From: an uncultured Gemmatimonadales bacterium
GTDB lineage: Bacteria > Gemmatimonadota > Gemmatimonadetes > Gemmatimonadales > GWC2-71-9
Direction: 5' to 3'
DNA length: 64,000 bases
Assembly (NCBI GenBank): GCA_963821525.1
Contig: CAWGED010000005.1
Location: 1,184,001 to 1,248,000 of the forward strand
Shown here: piece after piece, positions 23,891-34,132 of the stretch
How positions within the stretch are numbered: the stretch's first letter is position 1
Layout: the number at the start of each line of letters is the position of its first letter
Notes under the pieces: generated by a model
The model's database searches: none
Told to the model about the DNA's origin: nothing
The model's input: the letters and a program-made list of their open reading frames with translations, nothing else
Made by a program: the position numbers and the translations under genes

Positions 23891-24186
23891 CAGCCCCTGA
23901 GCAGGTTGACGTTTCCGAGATCCACCGAGCGGTGGTGCCGGAACATGGCGATGATGATCGCGAGCCCTACCGCAGCCTCCGCGGCGGCGACCGTCATGAC
24001 GAAGAAGACGATGACCTGGCCGCCCAGACCGTGGGCCTGCGCCAGGGCGATGAAACTCAGGTTCACGGCATTGAGCATGAGCTCGATGCACATGAACAAC
24101 ACGATCGCGTTACGCCGAAGCAGCACCCCGGCGACACCGATGGTGAAGAGAATGGCCGAAAGGCCCAGCGCCTGACCGAGCAGCAT
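23890..24186 (-). CDS. nuoK: NADH-quinone oxidoreductase subunit K
   Basis: [20 protein letters not shown]. Confidence 0.97.
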   Translation of the reverse strand: MLLGQALGLSAILFTIGVAGVLLRRNAIVLFMCIELMLNAVNLSFIALAQAHGLGGQVIVFFVMTVAAAEAAVGLAIIIAMFRHHRSVDLGNVNLLRG

Positions 24187-24743
24187 CAGACCCTCCGTTT
24201 AGCCAGCACGACGGCGCCGACGATCGCGGTGAGCAGGAGTATCGAGGTGAGCTCGAACGGGATCAGGTACGTCTGGAACAGGGGAGCCGCGATTGCCCCG
24301 GTAACCCCCTGCGTCTGAACGGCGGCGGCAGCGGTCTTCCCCGCGTCGAATACCATCGAGGGATCGGCCAGCCGGCTCGAACCGGTGTACTCCAGTGCCA
24401 GCCGTTCCGCGCTGTAGTGGGGCAACGCGGCCAGCTCGGCCAGCAGCAGGACGACGACTCCGGCGGCCAGGATCCAGACCGGCCAGCGCTTGAGGTCGGA
24501 TTCCCCGCGGCCGAGGTTCAGCAGCATGATGACGAACAGGAAGAGCACCATGACCGCGCCGGCGTACACCAGGACCTGGATGATCCCGATGAACTGGGCA
24601 TTGAGCAGCACGTAGATGCCCGCCAGGCAAAGCATGGTGGAGATCAGCCAGAAGGCGGAAGCGATCGGATTGCGCTGGGTCACGCAGAGGAGCGCCGATA
24701 GCACCGCCACCGTGGCGAACAGGTAGAAGACCGCCTCGGTCAT
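24186..24743 (-). CDS. nuoJ: NADH-quinone oxidoreductase subunit J
   Basis: [26 protein letters not shown]. Confidence 0.96.
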   Translation of the reverse strand: MTEAVFYLFATVAVLSALLCVTQRNPIASAFWLISTMLCLAGIYVLLNAQFIGIIQVLVYAGAVMVLFLFVIMLLNLGRGESDLKRWPVWILAAGVVVLLLAELAALPHYSAERLALEYTGSSRLADPSMVFDAGKTAAAAVQTQGVTGAIAAPLFQTYLIPFELTSILLLTAIVGAVVLAKRRV

Positions 24744-25251
24744 CTATTCACCCTTGGGATCGGTGGGATCCCACAGCGTCGAGACGCTGTGTGTCTGGGA
24801 AGAGAGCCGCTCGAGGTCGTACACGAAACGATCCCGGCTGTATTCGGAATTCTCGAAGTGCACCCCGACGTGAATGGCCTCCTCGGGGCAGACTTCCTGG
24901 CAATACCCGCAAAAGACGCAGCGGAACTCGTCGATCTCGTAGATCAGCGGGTACCGGTTCCCCTCCTCGTCCTCGCCGGGCACCAGCTTGATGCAATTGG
25001 CCGGGCAAATCTGGGGACAGAGTCCGCACGCGACGCACTTCGACCGGCCTTGCTCATCGGTGAGCATCCGGTGGGTGCCGCGCCAGCGCGGGGAAATCGT
25101 GTAGTCCGCGGTGCTCTTCGCCTCCGGGTACTCCATCGTCACCTTGGGCTCGAAGAGCTTCCTGAACGTGAGCCCCATGCCCTTGAGCGCGGCCCGGACG
25201 TAGCTGACCTCGGCTCTCCGGGCGCTTCAGCACCTTCACCCCGATCGTCAT
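24744..25251 (-). CDS. nuoI: NADH-quinone oxidoreductase subunit I (frameshift near 25210)
   Basis: Two CxxCxxCxxxCP motifs; start MTIGVKVL at 25251. Confidence 0.94.
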
Positions 25252-26490
25252 GCCGCCTCCTCCACACCCGCGTTTACCCGGGGAGCTGGGGCCCGACGCG
25301 CCGCCGAGCCGCTGACCAGGCGCCCGCGGTCGAGCACCAGGAAAACCAGGAACATCGAGGGGAAGATTGAGCAGGAAGAGCACACCCATCTTGACGGTCG
25401 GGGAGCTACCGCTCAACAAGGTATCCACGCCGTAGATCCCGAGACCCACGAGCATCACATAGGCGAGGCCGATCGGCATCAGCACCTTCCAGCCCAGCGA
25501 CATCAGCTGGTCATAGCGGAACCGGGGCAGCGTCCACCGGACCCAGATGAAGACGAAGAGGAAGAAGAAGGTCTTGAGGAACATCACGACGCCGGTCGCC
25601 AGCGTCTGGAGCAGGCCGCCGGCTTCATCCCAGTGTCCCGGGAGATCCCAGCCGCCGAAGAAGAGCACCACCATCATCGCGGAGGCGGTGATCATGTTGG
25701 CATACTCGGCGATGAAGAAGAGCGAGAATTTCATCGCACTGTATTCGGTGTGATATCCCGCGACCAGCTCGGACTCGGCCTCGGGCAGATCGAACGGGAC
25801 CCGGTTGGTCTCCGCGAAGGCCGACACCATGAACATGAAGAAGGAAAGGAAGAGCGGGAGCACGAACCAGAGTCCTGCCTGCTGCCGTGCGATGATTTCG
25901 TGGAACGAGACGTTCCCGGTGATCAACACCACCGGGATCAGGCTCAGGCTCATCGCGACTTCGTAGGAGACCATCTGGGCGCTGGCCCGGAGCCCGCCGA
26001 GCAGGCTGTACTTGTTGTTGGAGGACCATCCGGCCAGAGCGATGCCGTAGACCCCCATCGATCCGATGGCGATGACGAACAGGAATCCGATGGGAAGATC
26101 GGCTACCGCAATCGGCATGAGCCCGTGATGCACCCAGCGGCCCAGAAGCGGCAGGGAGAAGTCGAAGTCGACCGGCAGCGGCGCGGCCCAGGGCAGGACC
26201 AGCGACATCATCGTCGCGGGAATCAGGGATAGTGCCGGCGCCAGCACGAAGAGGATCTTGTTCGAGTCGGCGGGGAACGTCTCTTCTTTGAGGATGTTCT
26301 TGAGCCCGTCGGCGAGCGGCTGGAACCACCCGTTGGGTCCCACCCGGTTGGGGCCCAGGCGGTACTGCATCCACGCGCAGACCTTGCGTTCCACCAGCGT
26401 CAGGTATGCCACGCTGATCAGGGTAATGGTAAAGATGGCGAGCAGCTTCACCACCGTGAGGAGCAGGAAGCCCTTCATTTCGGGAGTCAT
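25248..26490 (-). CDS. nuoH: NADH-quinone oxidoreductase subunit H (frameshift near 25355, extended C-terminus)
   Basis: ERKV...RLGPNRVG, AETNRVPFDLPEAESELVAGY, LPRFRYDQLM; corrected end ...VEEAA* overlaps the nuoI start. Confidence 0.95.
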
Positions 26491-28058
26491 GAGGTGGCTC
26501 CCGCCGCTACCGGCTTCTCAGCGACCCGGCCGGTGAAGCCGAGTCCGGCGAAGGTGAGCCCATTCAGGGCAGGCACGCTCGCCGCGATCAGGTCAAACGC
26601 AGCCGACACACCAGAGGGAGCCGGCTTTCCCGATATCAGCGCAAGAGCCGATGCCGCAACCCACCAGGCCGGTTGCGCCATACCGGGGCTCGATTTGGCC
26701 TGGTCATAGCGCTGAACCCGACGGTCGCGGTTCACGAAGGTGCCGATTTCCTCGGCCACGTTGGTGACGGGGAGGACGACGGAAGCACCGGCCAGTTCCT
26801 GCGACTGCACCGTTCCGAAGACCACGACCGTGTTAGCCTTGCTCACCTGGGCCGCTTCAGCCTCGGTAAGCTCCACATCGAGCAGGACGACGAGCGACGC
26901 GCTCGATGCGGCCTTGAGCGCCGCACTCCATTCCGTGCTGTAGCCCAGAATCCGCGCGCCTTCCCCATTGGGCGCCCGCTCCTTTCGCAGCGCCAGATTG
27001 GGCACGCCCTTGAGCGGTGCTTCGTCTCCCTGGGGCAGCTGCACCGCGGCGGTGAGCTTGGTTCCCTCGAGCAAACGCTTGACCATGCCCAGGGATTCGG
27101 TCGAGGCGCGGCCCGAGGCGAGCAACACCGCCGACCCGCCCTGACGGACCGCTTTCACGACGCGGGCCAGGGCCTGATCCCAGTCGGTGGCCACCAGCCG
27201 CTGGCCCTCGCGAACCAGGGGCGCCTCGATCCGGTCGCCCCGGTTCATCCAGCGGTAGTTCATCCGGCCGTGATCGCAGATGAAGTGGCGATTCACCTCG
27301 AGGTTCGGCCGCGGCCGTAGACGCACGACCGCCGCATCACGGGTATCGATCAGGATGTTGCACCCCTGACTGCATCCGGTGCAGACGCTGGCCGTCTTGT
27401 CCAGATCCCAGGCCCGAGCCTTGTGCAGGAAGTCCTTCGAGATGAGCGATCCGACCGGGCAGAGATCCACCACGTTGCCGGCCCACGGATGGTCCAGCTC
27501 GTGGTCGGGATCGATGCCGATGAAGGCCCGGTCTCCCCGTTCCGAAACGTTGAGGACCGCCTCGCCCGCAACGTCGTCCATGAACCGCACGCAACGGGTG
27601 CAGAGGATGCACCGGTTGGCGACGTAGAGCACATCGGGGCCGAATTCTTCGACCGGATTGTACCGCTTGGCGTATTCGCTGTACCGGGTGCCGGCCCGGC
27701 CTTCCTGGAAGACGTAGTTCTGCAGCTCGCACTCGCCGGCCTGATCGCAGATGGGACAGTCGAGCGGATGGTTGATCAGCAGCAGCTCGAGCACTCCCTC
27801 GCGCGCCTTCTTGGCCTGCTCGCTGTCCACGTGGACGACCTGGCCCTCGGCCACAGTGGTTACGCAGGCCGGCATGAGCTTGGGCGCCTTCTCCACCTCG
27901 ACCAGGCACATGCGGCACACCGCCGGGGATGGCAACGACGGGTGGTAGCAGTAGTGGGGGATCAGCACCCCAGCCTGCTTGGCGGCCTCGATGATGGTCG
28001 TCCCCTTGGGGACGGCCAGGGTGAGGCCGTTGATGGTGACGTTGACGTTTTCGGTCAT
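26487..28058 (-). CDS. nuoG: NADH-quinone oxidoreductase subunit G (short, 523 aa)
   Basis: IPHYCY...CRMC, HPLDCPICDQAGEC, CILCTRC, CTGCSQGC. Confidence 0.95.
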   Translation of the reverse strand: MTENVNVTINGLTLAVPKGTTIIEAAKQAGVLIPHYCYHPSLPSPAVCRMCLVEVEKAPKLMPACVTTVAEGQVVHVDSEQAKKAREGVLELLLINHPLDCPICDQAGECELQNYVFQEGRAGTRYSEYAKRYNPVEEFGPDVLYVANRCILCTRCVRFMDDVAGEAVLNVSERGDRAFIGIDPDHELDHPWAGNVVDLCPVGSLISKDFLHKARAWDLDKTASVCTGCSQGCNILIDTRDAAVVRLRPRPNLEVNRHFICDHGRMNYRWMNRGDRIEAPLVREGQRLVATDWDQALARVVKAVRQGGSAVLLASGRASTESLGMVKRLLEGTKLTAAVQLPQGDEAPLKGVPNLALRKERAPNGEGARILGYSTEWSAALKAASSASLVVLLDVELTEAEAAQVSKANTVVVFGTVQSQELAGASVVLPVTNVAEEIGTFVNRDRRVQRYDQAKSSPGMAQPAWWVAASALALISGKPAPSGVSAAFDLIAASVPALNGLTFAGLGFTGRVAEKPVAAGATS

Positions 28059-28072
28059 AGTTCCAGGACAGA

Positions 28073-28142
28073 GCGACTAGCTATTAGCTATTAGCAATTA
28101 GCTGTTAGCGATTGGAGCTAATAGCTAACGGCTAACGGCTGC
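28073..28142. repeat. Inverted pair of heptamer tandem arrays (GCTRTTA / GCTAAYR) between nuoF and nuoG
   Basis: gctatta gctatta gcaatta gctgtta gc - gattgga - gctaata gctaacg gctaacg. Confidence 0.9.
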
Positions 28143-28144
28143 TT

Positions 28145-29449
28145 CTACACCGCCATTGCCGTCTTCCGGTTCCCATTCAGGTACGCCTCGAACTCGCCGC
28201 GGAACTTCTTGATCCCGCTCACCACGGGCGCGGCGCAGGAATCGCTCAGCACGCAGATCGTCTTGCCGGTCATGTTGTCGGACAGGTCAAGCAACAGGTC
28301 CAGATCCTCGATCCGGCCCTTCCCCGCCAGCATGCGCTCCAGAATCCGGGTGGTCCACGCGGTGCCTTCGCGGCACTGGGTGCACTGGGCGCAGGATTCG
28401 TGGGCGTAAAAGCGGGCGAGCCGCATGATCTGGTAGACCAGGTCGGTCGAATCATCCATGACGATCATGCCACCCGATCCGAGCATCGAGCCCTTGGCTA
28501 CCACCCCTTCGTAGTCGAGCTGGCAGTCTTCGACCTCGGCCGCGGTCATGATCGGGACCGAGGAACCGCCGGGAATCACCGCCTTGAGGGTACGACCTGG
28601 ACGCATGCCCCCCGCCATATCGTAGATCAGCTCCTTCATGGAGCTGCCCATCACGACCTCATAGTTGCCCGGACGCTGCACGTGCCCGCAGACCGAGATC
28701 AACTTGGTGCCGGTACTCTTGGGGTTGCCCCGGCACAGGCTCTTGTACCACTCGGCACCCCGCACAATGATGTGCGGAGTTGCGACCAGCGTCTCCACGT
28801 TGTTGATCGTGGTCGGCATCCCGAAGACACCCGCGGCGGCCGGGAACGGCGGCTTGATGCGCGGGTTGCCGCGGCGGCCCTCGATGGAGTTCATCAGGGC
28901 GGTTTCTTCGCCGCAGATGTAGGCACCGGCACCCCGGAACAGCACCAGATCGATCCGTTTGCCACTGCCGAAGGCGTTGGCCCCGAGCGCGCCCTTGTCG
29001 TACGCCTCCTTGATGGCGCCCTCGAGAATCTTGTACTCGACGGTGAACTCGCCGCGCACGTAGATGTATCCCCGCTCGGCGCCGATCGCGTGACAGGCCA
29101 ACGCGCAGCCTTCCAGCAGCGCGTGGGGCGTCCAGCGCATGATCTCGCGATCCTTGAACGTGCCGGGTTCCGATTCGTCGGCGTTGCAGCAGAGGTAGTG
29201 TGGTTTGCCGCTGTTCTTCGGCATGAACGACCACTTGAGGCCGGTCGGGAACCCGGCGCCGCCCCGCCCGCGCAGACCGGAGTTCTTGATCTCCTCGATC
29301 ACCGCCTCGGGAGTCATGCCCAACGCCTTCTTGAGCCCTTCGTAGCCGGCGCGCTTCACCCAGCCGTCGAAGCTGCGTGCGCCCGCGTCTCCGAAGTAGC
29401 GGGAGAGAACCGGCTCTTCTTTTGGATGACTGGGATGGGGAAATCCCAT
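28145..29449 (-). CDS. nuoF: NADH-quinone oxidoreductase subunit F
   Basis: GRGGAGFPTG, NADESEPG, YICGEET, ESCAQCTQCREG. Confidence 0.97.
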   Translation of the reverse strand: MGFPHPSHPKEEPVLSRYFGDAGARSFDGWVKRAGYEGLKKALGMTPEAVIEEIKNSGLRGRGGAGFPTGLKWSFMPKNSGKPHYLCCNADESEPGTFKDREIMRWTPHALLEGCALACHAIGAERGYIYVRGEFTVEYKILEGAIKEAYDKGALGANAFGSGKRIDLVLFRGAGAYICGEETALMNSIEGRRGNPRIKPPFPAAAGVFGMPTTINNVETLVATPHIIVRGAEWYKSLCRGNPKSTGTKLISVCGHVQRPGNYEVVMGSSMKELIYDMAGGMRPGRTLKAVIPGGSSVPIMTAAEVEDCQLDYEGVVAKGSMLGSGGMIVMDDSTDLVYQIMRLARFYAHESCAQCTQCREGTAWTTRILERMLAGKGRIEDLDLLLDLSDNMTGKTICVLSDSCAAPVVSGIKKFRGEFEAYLNGNRKTAMAV

Positions 29450-29952
29450 TACTTGTACCCCTGGAGAATGCCCGGAACCCGTTCCGGAGTTACGCCTTCG
29501 ATAAAGTCGTCATCAATCAGCACCGGGGTAGCGAAACCGCAGGCCCCGAGACACTCGACTTCGATCATGGTGAACCGGCCATCGGGACTGGTCGCTCCCA
29601 ACTCGCCGCATCCGGTGTGCTTGAGGAAGGCTTTCACCACGTCTTCCGCGCCGCAGATGTTGCAGGGCGACGTGGTGCAGACCTGAATGAAGTGGCGGCC
29701 GACCGGGTGAGTGTGGTACATGGTGTAGAACGTCACCACGCCCTTCACGTACGCCGGCGTAAGACCGAGCACCTCGGCCACCTCGGCAATCGCGCCCTCG
29801 GAGATCCAGCCCCGCCGCCGCTGGACGATCCACAGCGCCGGCAGCAGGCACGCCATCTTCGTCGGGAAATTGGGGAACACCGCCTCGAGCTCCTGGAGCG
29901 CCTCCCCGACGAAGACCGGCTGGTGTTCCTCCTCGACGTGAGCCGAGCTCAT
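29449..29952 (-). CDS. nuoE: NADH-quinone oxidoreductase subunit E
   Basis: VTFYTMY, CTTSPC, ECLGAC. Confidence 0.96.
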   Translation of the reverse strand: MSSAHVEEEHQPVFVGEALQELEAVFPNFPTKMACLLPALWIVQRRRGWISEGAIAEVAEVLGLTPAYVKGVVTFYTMYHTHPVGRHFIQVCTTSPCNICGAEDVVKAFLKHTGCGELGATSPDGRFTMIEVECLGACGFATPVLIDDDFIEGVTPERVPGILQGYK

Positions 29953-31244
29953 CGGTCGATCTCTCCCATGACGATGTCCACGCTGGCGTTGATCGCGATC
30001 ACGTCGGACAGCAGCACGCCCTCGCAGAGCTTGGGCAGGCAGGCCAGGTTGATGAAAGACGGGGGACGGATGCGCCAGCGCACCGGCTTGGCGGTCCCGT
30101 CGGATACGAAGTAGTAGCCCAGCTCGCCCTTGGGGTTCTCGATCCCCATGTAGGCCTCGCCCGGAGGCGCCTTCACACCTTCCATCACCTGCTTAAAGTG
30201 GAAGATCATGGCTTCCATATCGCTCATGGCGCGCGACTTGGGAGGCAGGATCAGCCGCGGGTCCGACACGTTGATCGGGGCACCCTTGAGCCGCTCCAGA
30301 CGGACCAGGGCCTGCTCCAGAATGCGGACCGACTGTCGCATCTCCTCCATGCGGACGATATAGCGATCGTAACAGTCGCCGTGCTCACCCACCGGCACGT
30401 CGAAGTCGTAGTTCTCGTAGCCCAGATACGGGCGATCCTTCCGCACATCGTACGCGACGCCGGAAGCCCGGAGCATCGGCCCGGACAGCGAGTAGTTGAT
30501 CGCGTCCTCGGGGCCGATCGATCCCACGTTCTGAGTCCGGCCGATCCAGATGGCGTTCCGGGTGAACATCCGGTCGACGTCATCGAGGGTCTTGGGGAAG
30601 GTGCGGCAGAACTCGGCCAGTCCCGCTTCCCACCCGTCGGGAATGTCGGCCATGAGGCCGCCCACCCGGGTAAGGCTGGTCGTGAGTCGAGCGCCGGTCC
30701 ACGATTCCTGCAGGTTGTAGATCCGCTCCCGCTGCTGGAAGGTCCAGAGGAACGGGGTGTAGGCTCCAATATCGATGCCGGTGGTTCCCAGCCAGACCAG
30801 GTGGGAAATGATCCGGCTCATTTCACAGGCCATCACCCGGAGCACCGTGCACCGCTCGGTGATCTCGATCCCCATGAGCTTCTCGGCCGCCAACGCCAGA
30901 CAGACGTTGTTGGCCATGGGCGAGAGGTAGTCGGTCCGGTCGGTGAGCGGGATGATCTGGTTGTAGTGCCGGTACTCGCCGAGCTTCTCGAATCCGCTGT
31001 GCAGGTAGCCGACGTGAGGCACGACCCGGATCACGGTCTCCCCATCCAGCTCGACGACCAGCCGGAGCACGCCGTGGGTAGCTGGATGCTGCGGGCCCAG
31101 GTTGATGAGCATGTGCTCGGCGTTCATCTCGTCCGACGGCTCGGGCACCTTGGGCAGCCGGATGCCGACCGGGACCTGCCGGACGTTCCCCTGGGCGTCG
31201 AGGCCGGGGGTGCTGAGCGCCATTTCCACGCTGCGCAGGCTCAT
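29949..31244 (-). CDS. nuoD: NADH-quinone oxidoreductase subunit D
   Basis: NLGPQHPATHGVLR, C-terminal MGEIDR. Confidence 0.97.
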   Translation of the reverse strand: MSLRSVEMALSTPGLDAQGNVRQVPVGIRLPKVPEPSDEMNAEHMLINLGPQHPATHGVLRLVVELDGETVIRVVPHVGYLHSGFEKLGEYRHYNQIIPLTDRTDYLSPMANNVCLALAAEKLMGIEITERCTVLRVMACEMSRIISHLVWLGTTGIDIGAYTPFLWTFQQRERIYNLQESWTGARLTTSLTRVGGLMADIPDGWEAGLAEFCRTFPKTLDDVDRMFTRNAIWIGRTQNVGSIGPEDAINYSLSGPMLRASGVAYDVRKDRPYLGYENYDFDVPVGEHGDCYDRYIVRMEEMRQSVRILEQALVRLERLKGAPINVSDPRLILPPKSRAMSDMEAMIFHFKQVMEGVKAPPGEAYMGIENPKGELGYYFVSDGTAKPVRWRIRPPSFINLACLPKLCEGVLLSDVIAINASVDIVMGEIDR

Positions 31245-31870
31245 CGCAGGGTCCCCCGCTCGCCCCGGCTCAGCCGCTCGCGGACGTCGGCCGGCAGCTC
31301 ATGATAGGACTCGACGATGCTCAATTCTTCCAGGGAGTAATGCGCTTCGGGGTTCGCGGCGAGGGCCTGCCGGGTCTGCTCCGCCCGGCTGAAGTGGCCG
31401 CGGAGCGGAAAATCCTTCCGCAGGGGGAAGCCCTCCGAATAGGTCTCCCACATGAGGATCCGGCGCAGGTCCGGATGACCGCGGAAGACGACGCCGAACA
31501 TGTCGAAGACCTCACGCTCCAGCCAATCCGCGCCCTTCCAGAGGTCGTAGACCGAGTCCACCTCGAGAGGCGCCCGCTTGTCGAGCTCGATCTTGCACCG
31601 CAGGTCCGCCTTCCGGTCCAGGGAGCGGAGCTGGTAGACGACTTCGAGCGGCCGCTCCATGTCCCGATATTCGACCGCGGTCACGTCGGTGAGATAGTCG
31701 AACCGCTGAGCGGGATCGTCCTTGAGCCAGGCCAGGATTTCATGGGCCCGGTCACCCGCGAGGTAGGCGATCGTGTCTCCGCAGGAGACTTCGTGTCGCA
31801 GCACCGCGGCCCCGAAGCGGGACTTGAGCGCGGGAATCGAGGGCGACGGCTCCGGGCGATTGGGGCTCAC
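31241..31870 (-). CDS. nuoC: NADH-quinone oxidoreductase subunit C
   Basis: EREVFDMFG...GHPDLRRI...PLRKDFP. Confidence 0.96.
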   Translation of the reverse strand: MSPNRPEPSPSIPALKSRFGAAVLRHEVSCGDTIAYLAGDRAHEILAWLKDDPAQRFDYLTDVTAVEYRDMERPLEVVYQLRSLDRKADLRCKIELDKRAPLEVDSVYDLWKGADWLEREVFDMFGVVFRGHPDLRRILMWETYSEGFPLRKDFPLRGHFSRAEQTRQALAANPEAHYSLEELSIVESYHELPADVRERLSRGERGTLR

Positions 31871-32484
31871 GCCGACCTCGTCTGGTGCACCGAATTACCG
31901 AACGGCTCGGACAGCTCGTCGATCCGGTCTGCGGGAAGGAACAACCCCTCAGGCCCTACCGTGTGCTCCTGGCGGAGATCGTCATCGGTGATGCTCTCGC
32001 CCGAGATCTTCTTTTGCAGCAGCAGGATGCCGTAGAGCAGGCCCTCGGGACGGGGCGGGCAGCCCGGCACGTAGACGTCCACCGGCACGATCGTGTCGAT
32101 GCCCTGCACCATCGTGTAGGTATCGAAGATGCCGCCGGTCGAGGCGCAGGCGCCCATCGAGATGCACCATTTAGGCTGGGGCATCTGATCCCAGATCCGG
32201 CGGATGACCGGAGCCAGCTTGAAGGGCAGCCGGCCGGCGCAGATCAGCACGTCCGACTGGCGAGGTGAGAAGGCCTGCCGCTCCATCCCGAACCGGGCGA
32301 TGTCGTAGCGGCTGGCGGCGGTGGCCATGAACTCGATAGCACAACAGGCCGTCCCAAACGGCATCGGCCAGAGCGAATTCTTACGGGCCCAGTTGGTGAG
32401 ATCGCTCAGTTTGGCGGTCACCCAGTTGGGGGAGACCCCGGAAACTTCGGTAGTGAGCGGTTCACCCGGTTGGGTCAATTCCAT
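31867..32484 (-). CDS. nuoB: NADH-quinone oxidoreductase subunit B
   Basis: [22 protein letters not shown]; start MELTQ at 32484. Confidence 0.96.
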   Translation of the reverse strand: MELTQPGEPLTTEVSGVSPNWVTAKLSDLTNWARKNSLWPMPFGTACCAIEFMATAASRYDIARFGMERQAFSPRQSDVLICAGRLPFKLAPVIRRIWDQMPQPKWCISMGACASTGGIFDTYTMVQGIDTIVPVDVYVPGCPPRPEGLLYGILLLQKKISGESITDDDLRQEHTVGPEGLFLPADRIDELSEPFGNSVHQTRSA

Positions 32485-32840
32485 TCCAGCGCTCCCCGCT
32501 TCCAGACGTAGACGTATCCGACCGCAAGGATCACGACGAACACGAACATTTCCACCAGCAAAAGGCCGCGGATCTCCTTCATCTGCTGGAAGGCCGCAGC
32601 CCATGGAAGCATGAAGACGGTTTCGATATCAAAGACGATAAACAGCATCGCGACGAGGTAGAACTTGACCGAGAAGCGCTCACGGGCCTGGCCCAGGACG
32701 GGCATGCCCGACTCATAGGGCGCAATCTTCCCGGGGGTGCGGCGGTAGGTCGAGAAAATGTGGGAGACCGCCAGCATGAGAATCGCGTTCGCGATGACGA
32801 GCGCGATGACCAGCAACAACGGGATGTATGGTTGGAGCAT
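32475..32840 (-). CDS. nuoA: NADH-quinone oxidoreductase subunit A
   Basis: [20 protein letters not shown]. Confidence 0.96.
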   Translation of the reverse strand: MLQPYIPLLLVIALVIANAILMLAVSHIFSTYRRTPGKIAPYESGMPVLGQARERFSVKFYLVAMLFIVFDIETVFMLPWAAAFQQMKEIRGLLLVEMFVFVVILAVGYVYVWKRGALEWN

Positions 32841-32855
32841 CGATGAAGCCCCGAT

Positions 32856-32873
32856 TCGTGAAAAGATTCACGT
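32856..32873. promoter_or_regulatory. Probable Rex (NADH/NAD+ sensor) operator upstream of nuoA
   Basis: TCGTGAAAAGATTCACGT matches the Rex-type palindrome TTGTGAA-N4-TTCACAA and lies 15 bp upstream of the nuoA ATG. Confidence 0.7.
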
Positions 32874-33027
32874 GCAGGCGGGTAAGTTAATGTTCGCCAA
32901 GGACGAACGGTAGCCTCGGGTTCGGAGTGCCACAGGCCCTCAACACCCTCTATATTGCCGCCCGTCCACGGGGACGGAGCCCATTCCGTCCGCCATTGTT
33001 CGCCTCACCGCCTGTCTGCCCAACACT

Positions 33028-33606
33028 ATGTCCATCAAGTCCGACCGCTGGATCCGCCGGCTGGCCCAGGAGCACAGGATGATCGACCCTTTTGTGGAGG
33101 GCCAGGTCCGATCGGTGGACGCGCACGGGCGTAAGGTGATCTCCTACGGGGTGTCATCCTACGGCTATGACATGCGGGTGGCGCCCGAGTTCAAGATCTT
33201 CACCAACGTACTTTCGGCAATAGTCGACCCCAAGGAGTTCGACAGCCGGAGTTTCGTGGAATTCGAGGGTGAGGTCTGCATCGTTCCGCCGAACAGCTTC
33301 GCGCTGGCCCGGTCGGTGGAGTACTTCCGGATCCCGCGTAACGTCCTGACCATCTGCGTGGGGAAGAGCACCTACGCCCGGTGTGGTATCATCACCAACG
33401 TGACGCCGTTCGAGCCCGAGTGGGAAGGACATGTCACGCTTGAAATCTCCAATACCACCCCGTTGCCCGCCCGCATCTACGCCAACGAGGGGATCTGCCA
33501 GGTCCTGTTCTTCGAGGCCGATGCCGACGACGTGTGCGAGGTGAGTTACAAGGACAAGGCTGGCAAGTATCAGAAGCAGACGGGGGTGACGCTACCGAAA
33601 TTGTAG
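33028..33606 (+). CDS. dcd: dCTP deaminase
   Basis: [33 protein letters not shown]. Confidence 0.97.
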   Translation: MSIKSDRWIRRLAQEHRMIDPFVEGQVRSVDAHGRKVISYGVSSYGYDMRVAPEFKIFTNVLSAIVDPKEFDSRSFVEFEGEVCIVPPNSFALARSVEYFRIPRNVLTICVGKSTYARCGIITNVTPFEPEWEGHVTLEISNTTPLPARIYANEGICQVLFFEADADDVCEVSYKDKAGKYQKQTGVTLPKL

Positions 33607-33693
33607 AATGATGAATGGCGGAATGGTCGAGGAGGCCGCGGCGAGCGCAGGGCTTCGCCACCGCCCCAGCGCTTTCTGCCATTCCGCCATTCC
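33606..33693. repeat. Inverted pair of octamer arrays (GAATGGCG / CGCCATTC) directly after dcd
   Basis: gaatgat gaatggcg gaatggtc ... ttctgcca ttccgcca ttcc. Confidence 0.65.
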
Positions 33694-33799
33694 AAACGGG
33701 CGTTTCCTCACAGGAAATAGGCATCCGCATCATATAGTTTAGGGTTGGTCTTCTAGTTTCTGGTTAGTCTTCGTCGTTCCCCATCCAAGCGCGGTACTC

Positions 33800-33970
33800 A
33801 TGCGTTCCCTGCTCCGCCTCGCCTTGGCCGGCGCGGCATTGATTGCTTGTAACCTCAACCAGTCGCCGGGCCCCAGCTCCATCGAAGATCAGGTCACCAC
33901 CGACGCCTTCGGGCCAGGCCCCACTGGCGGCGGGACACTTTGTCGCCCCCTAATGACGTCACCTCGGTAA
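33800..33970 (+). CDS. Putative small lipoprotein (56 aa as assembled)
   Basis: Manual translation MRSLLRLALAGAALIAC-NLNQSPGPSSIEDQ...; lipobox LIAC. Below the ORF track cutoff; the 3' end is uncertain given nearby indels. Confidence 0.5.
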   Translation: MRSLLRLALAGAALIACNLNQSPGPSSIEDQVTTDAFGPGPTGGGTLCRPLMTSPR

Positions 33971-34132
33971 AGCCGGCCGATCGAAATCGGCCGCCCAGTG
34001 CCCGCCGGCGATCACCGTGCGCGAGCACCAAGGGCGAGGGCGACTGCATGGGTCTACAGGAGGCCGGTTAGATTTCTCGCTATTCACCCGGGCGGATTAC
34101 GCCGCCCTTTGTTTTCTCGGACTGGACGGTCC

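Noticed and set aside
13681..25400. Programmed frameshifting or genuine pseudogenisation of complex I and sucC
   Set aside because: No consistent slippery motifs, and protein motifs are intact on both sides of each break; sequencing error is more parsimonious.
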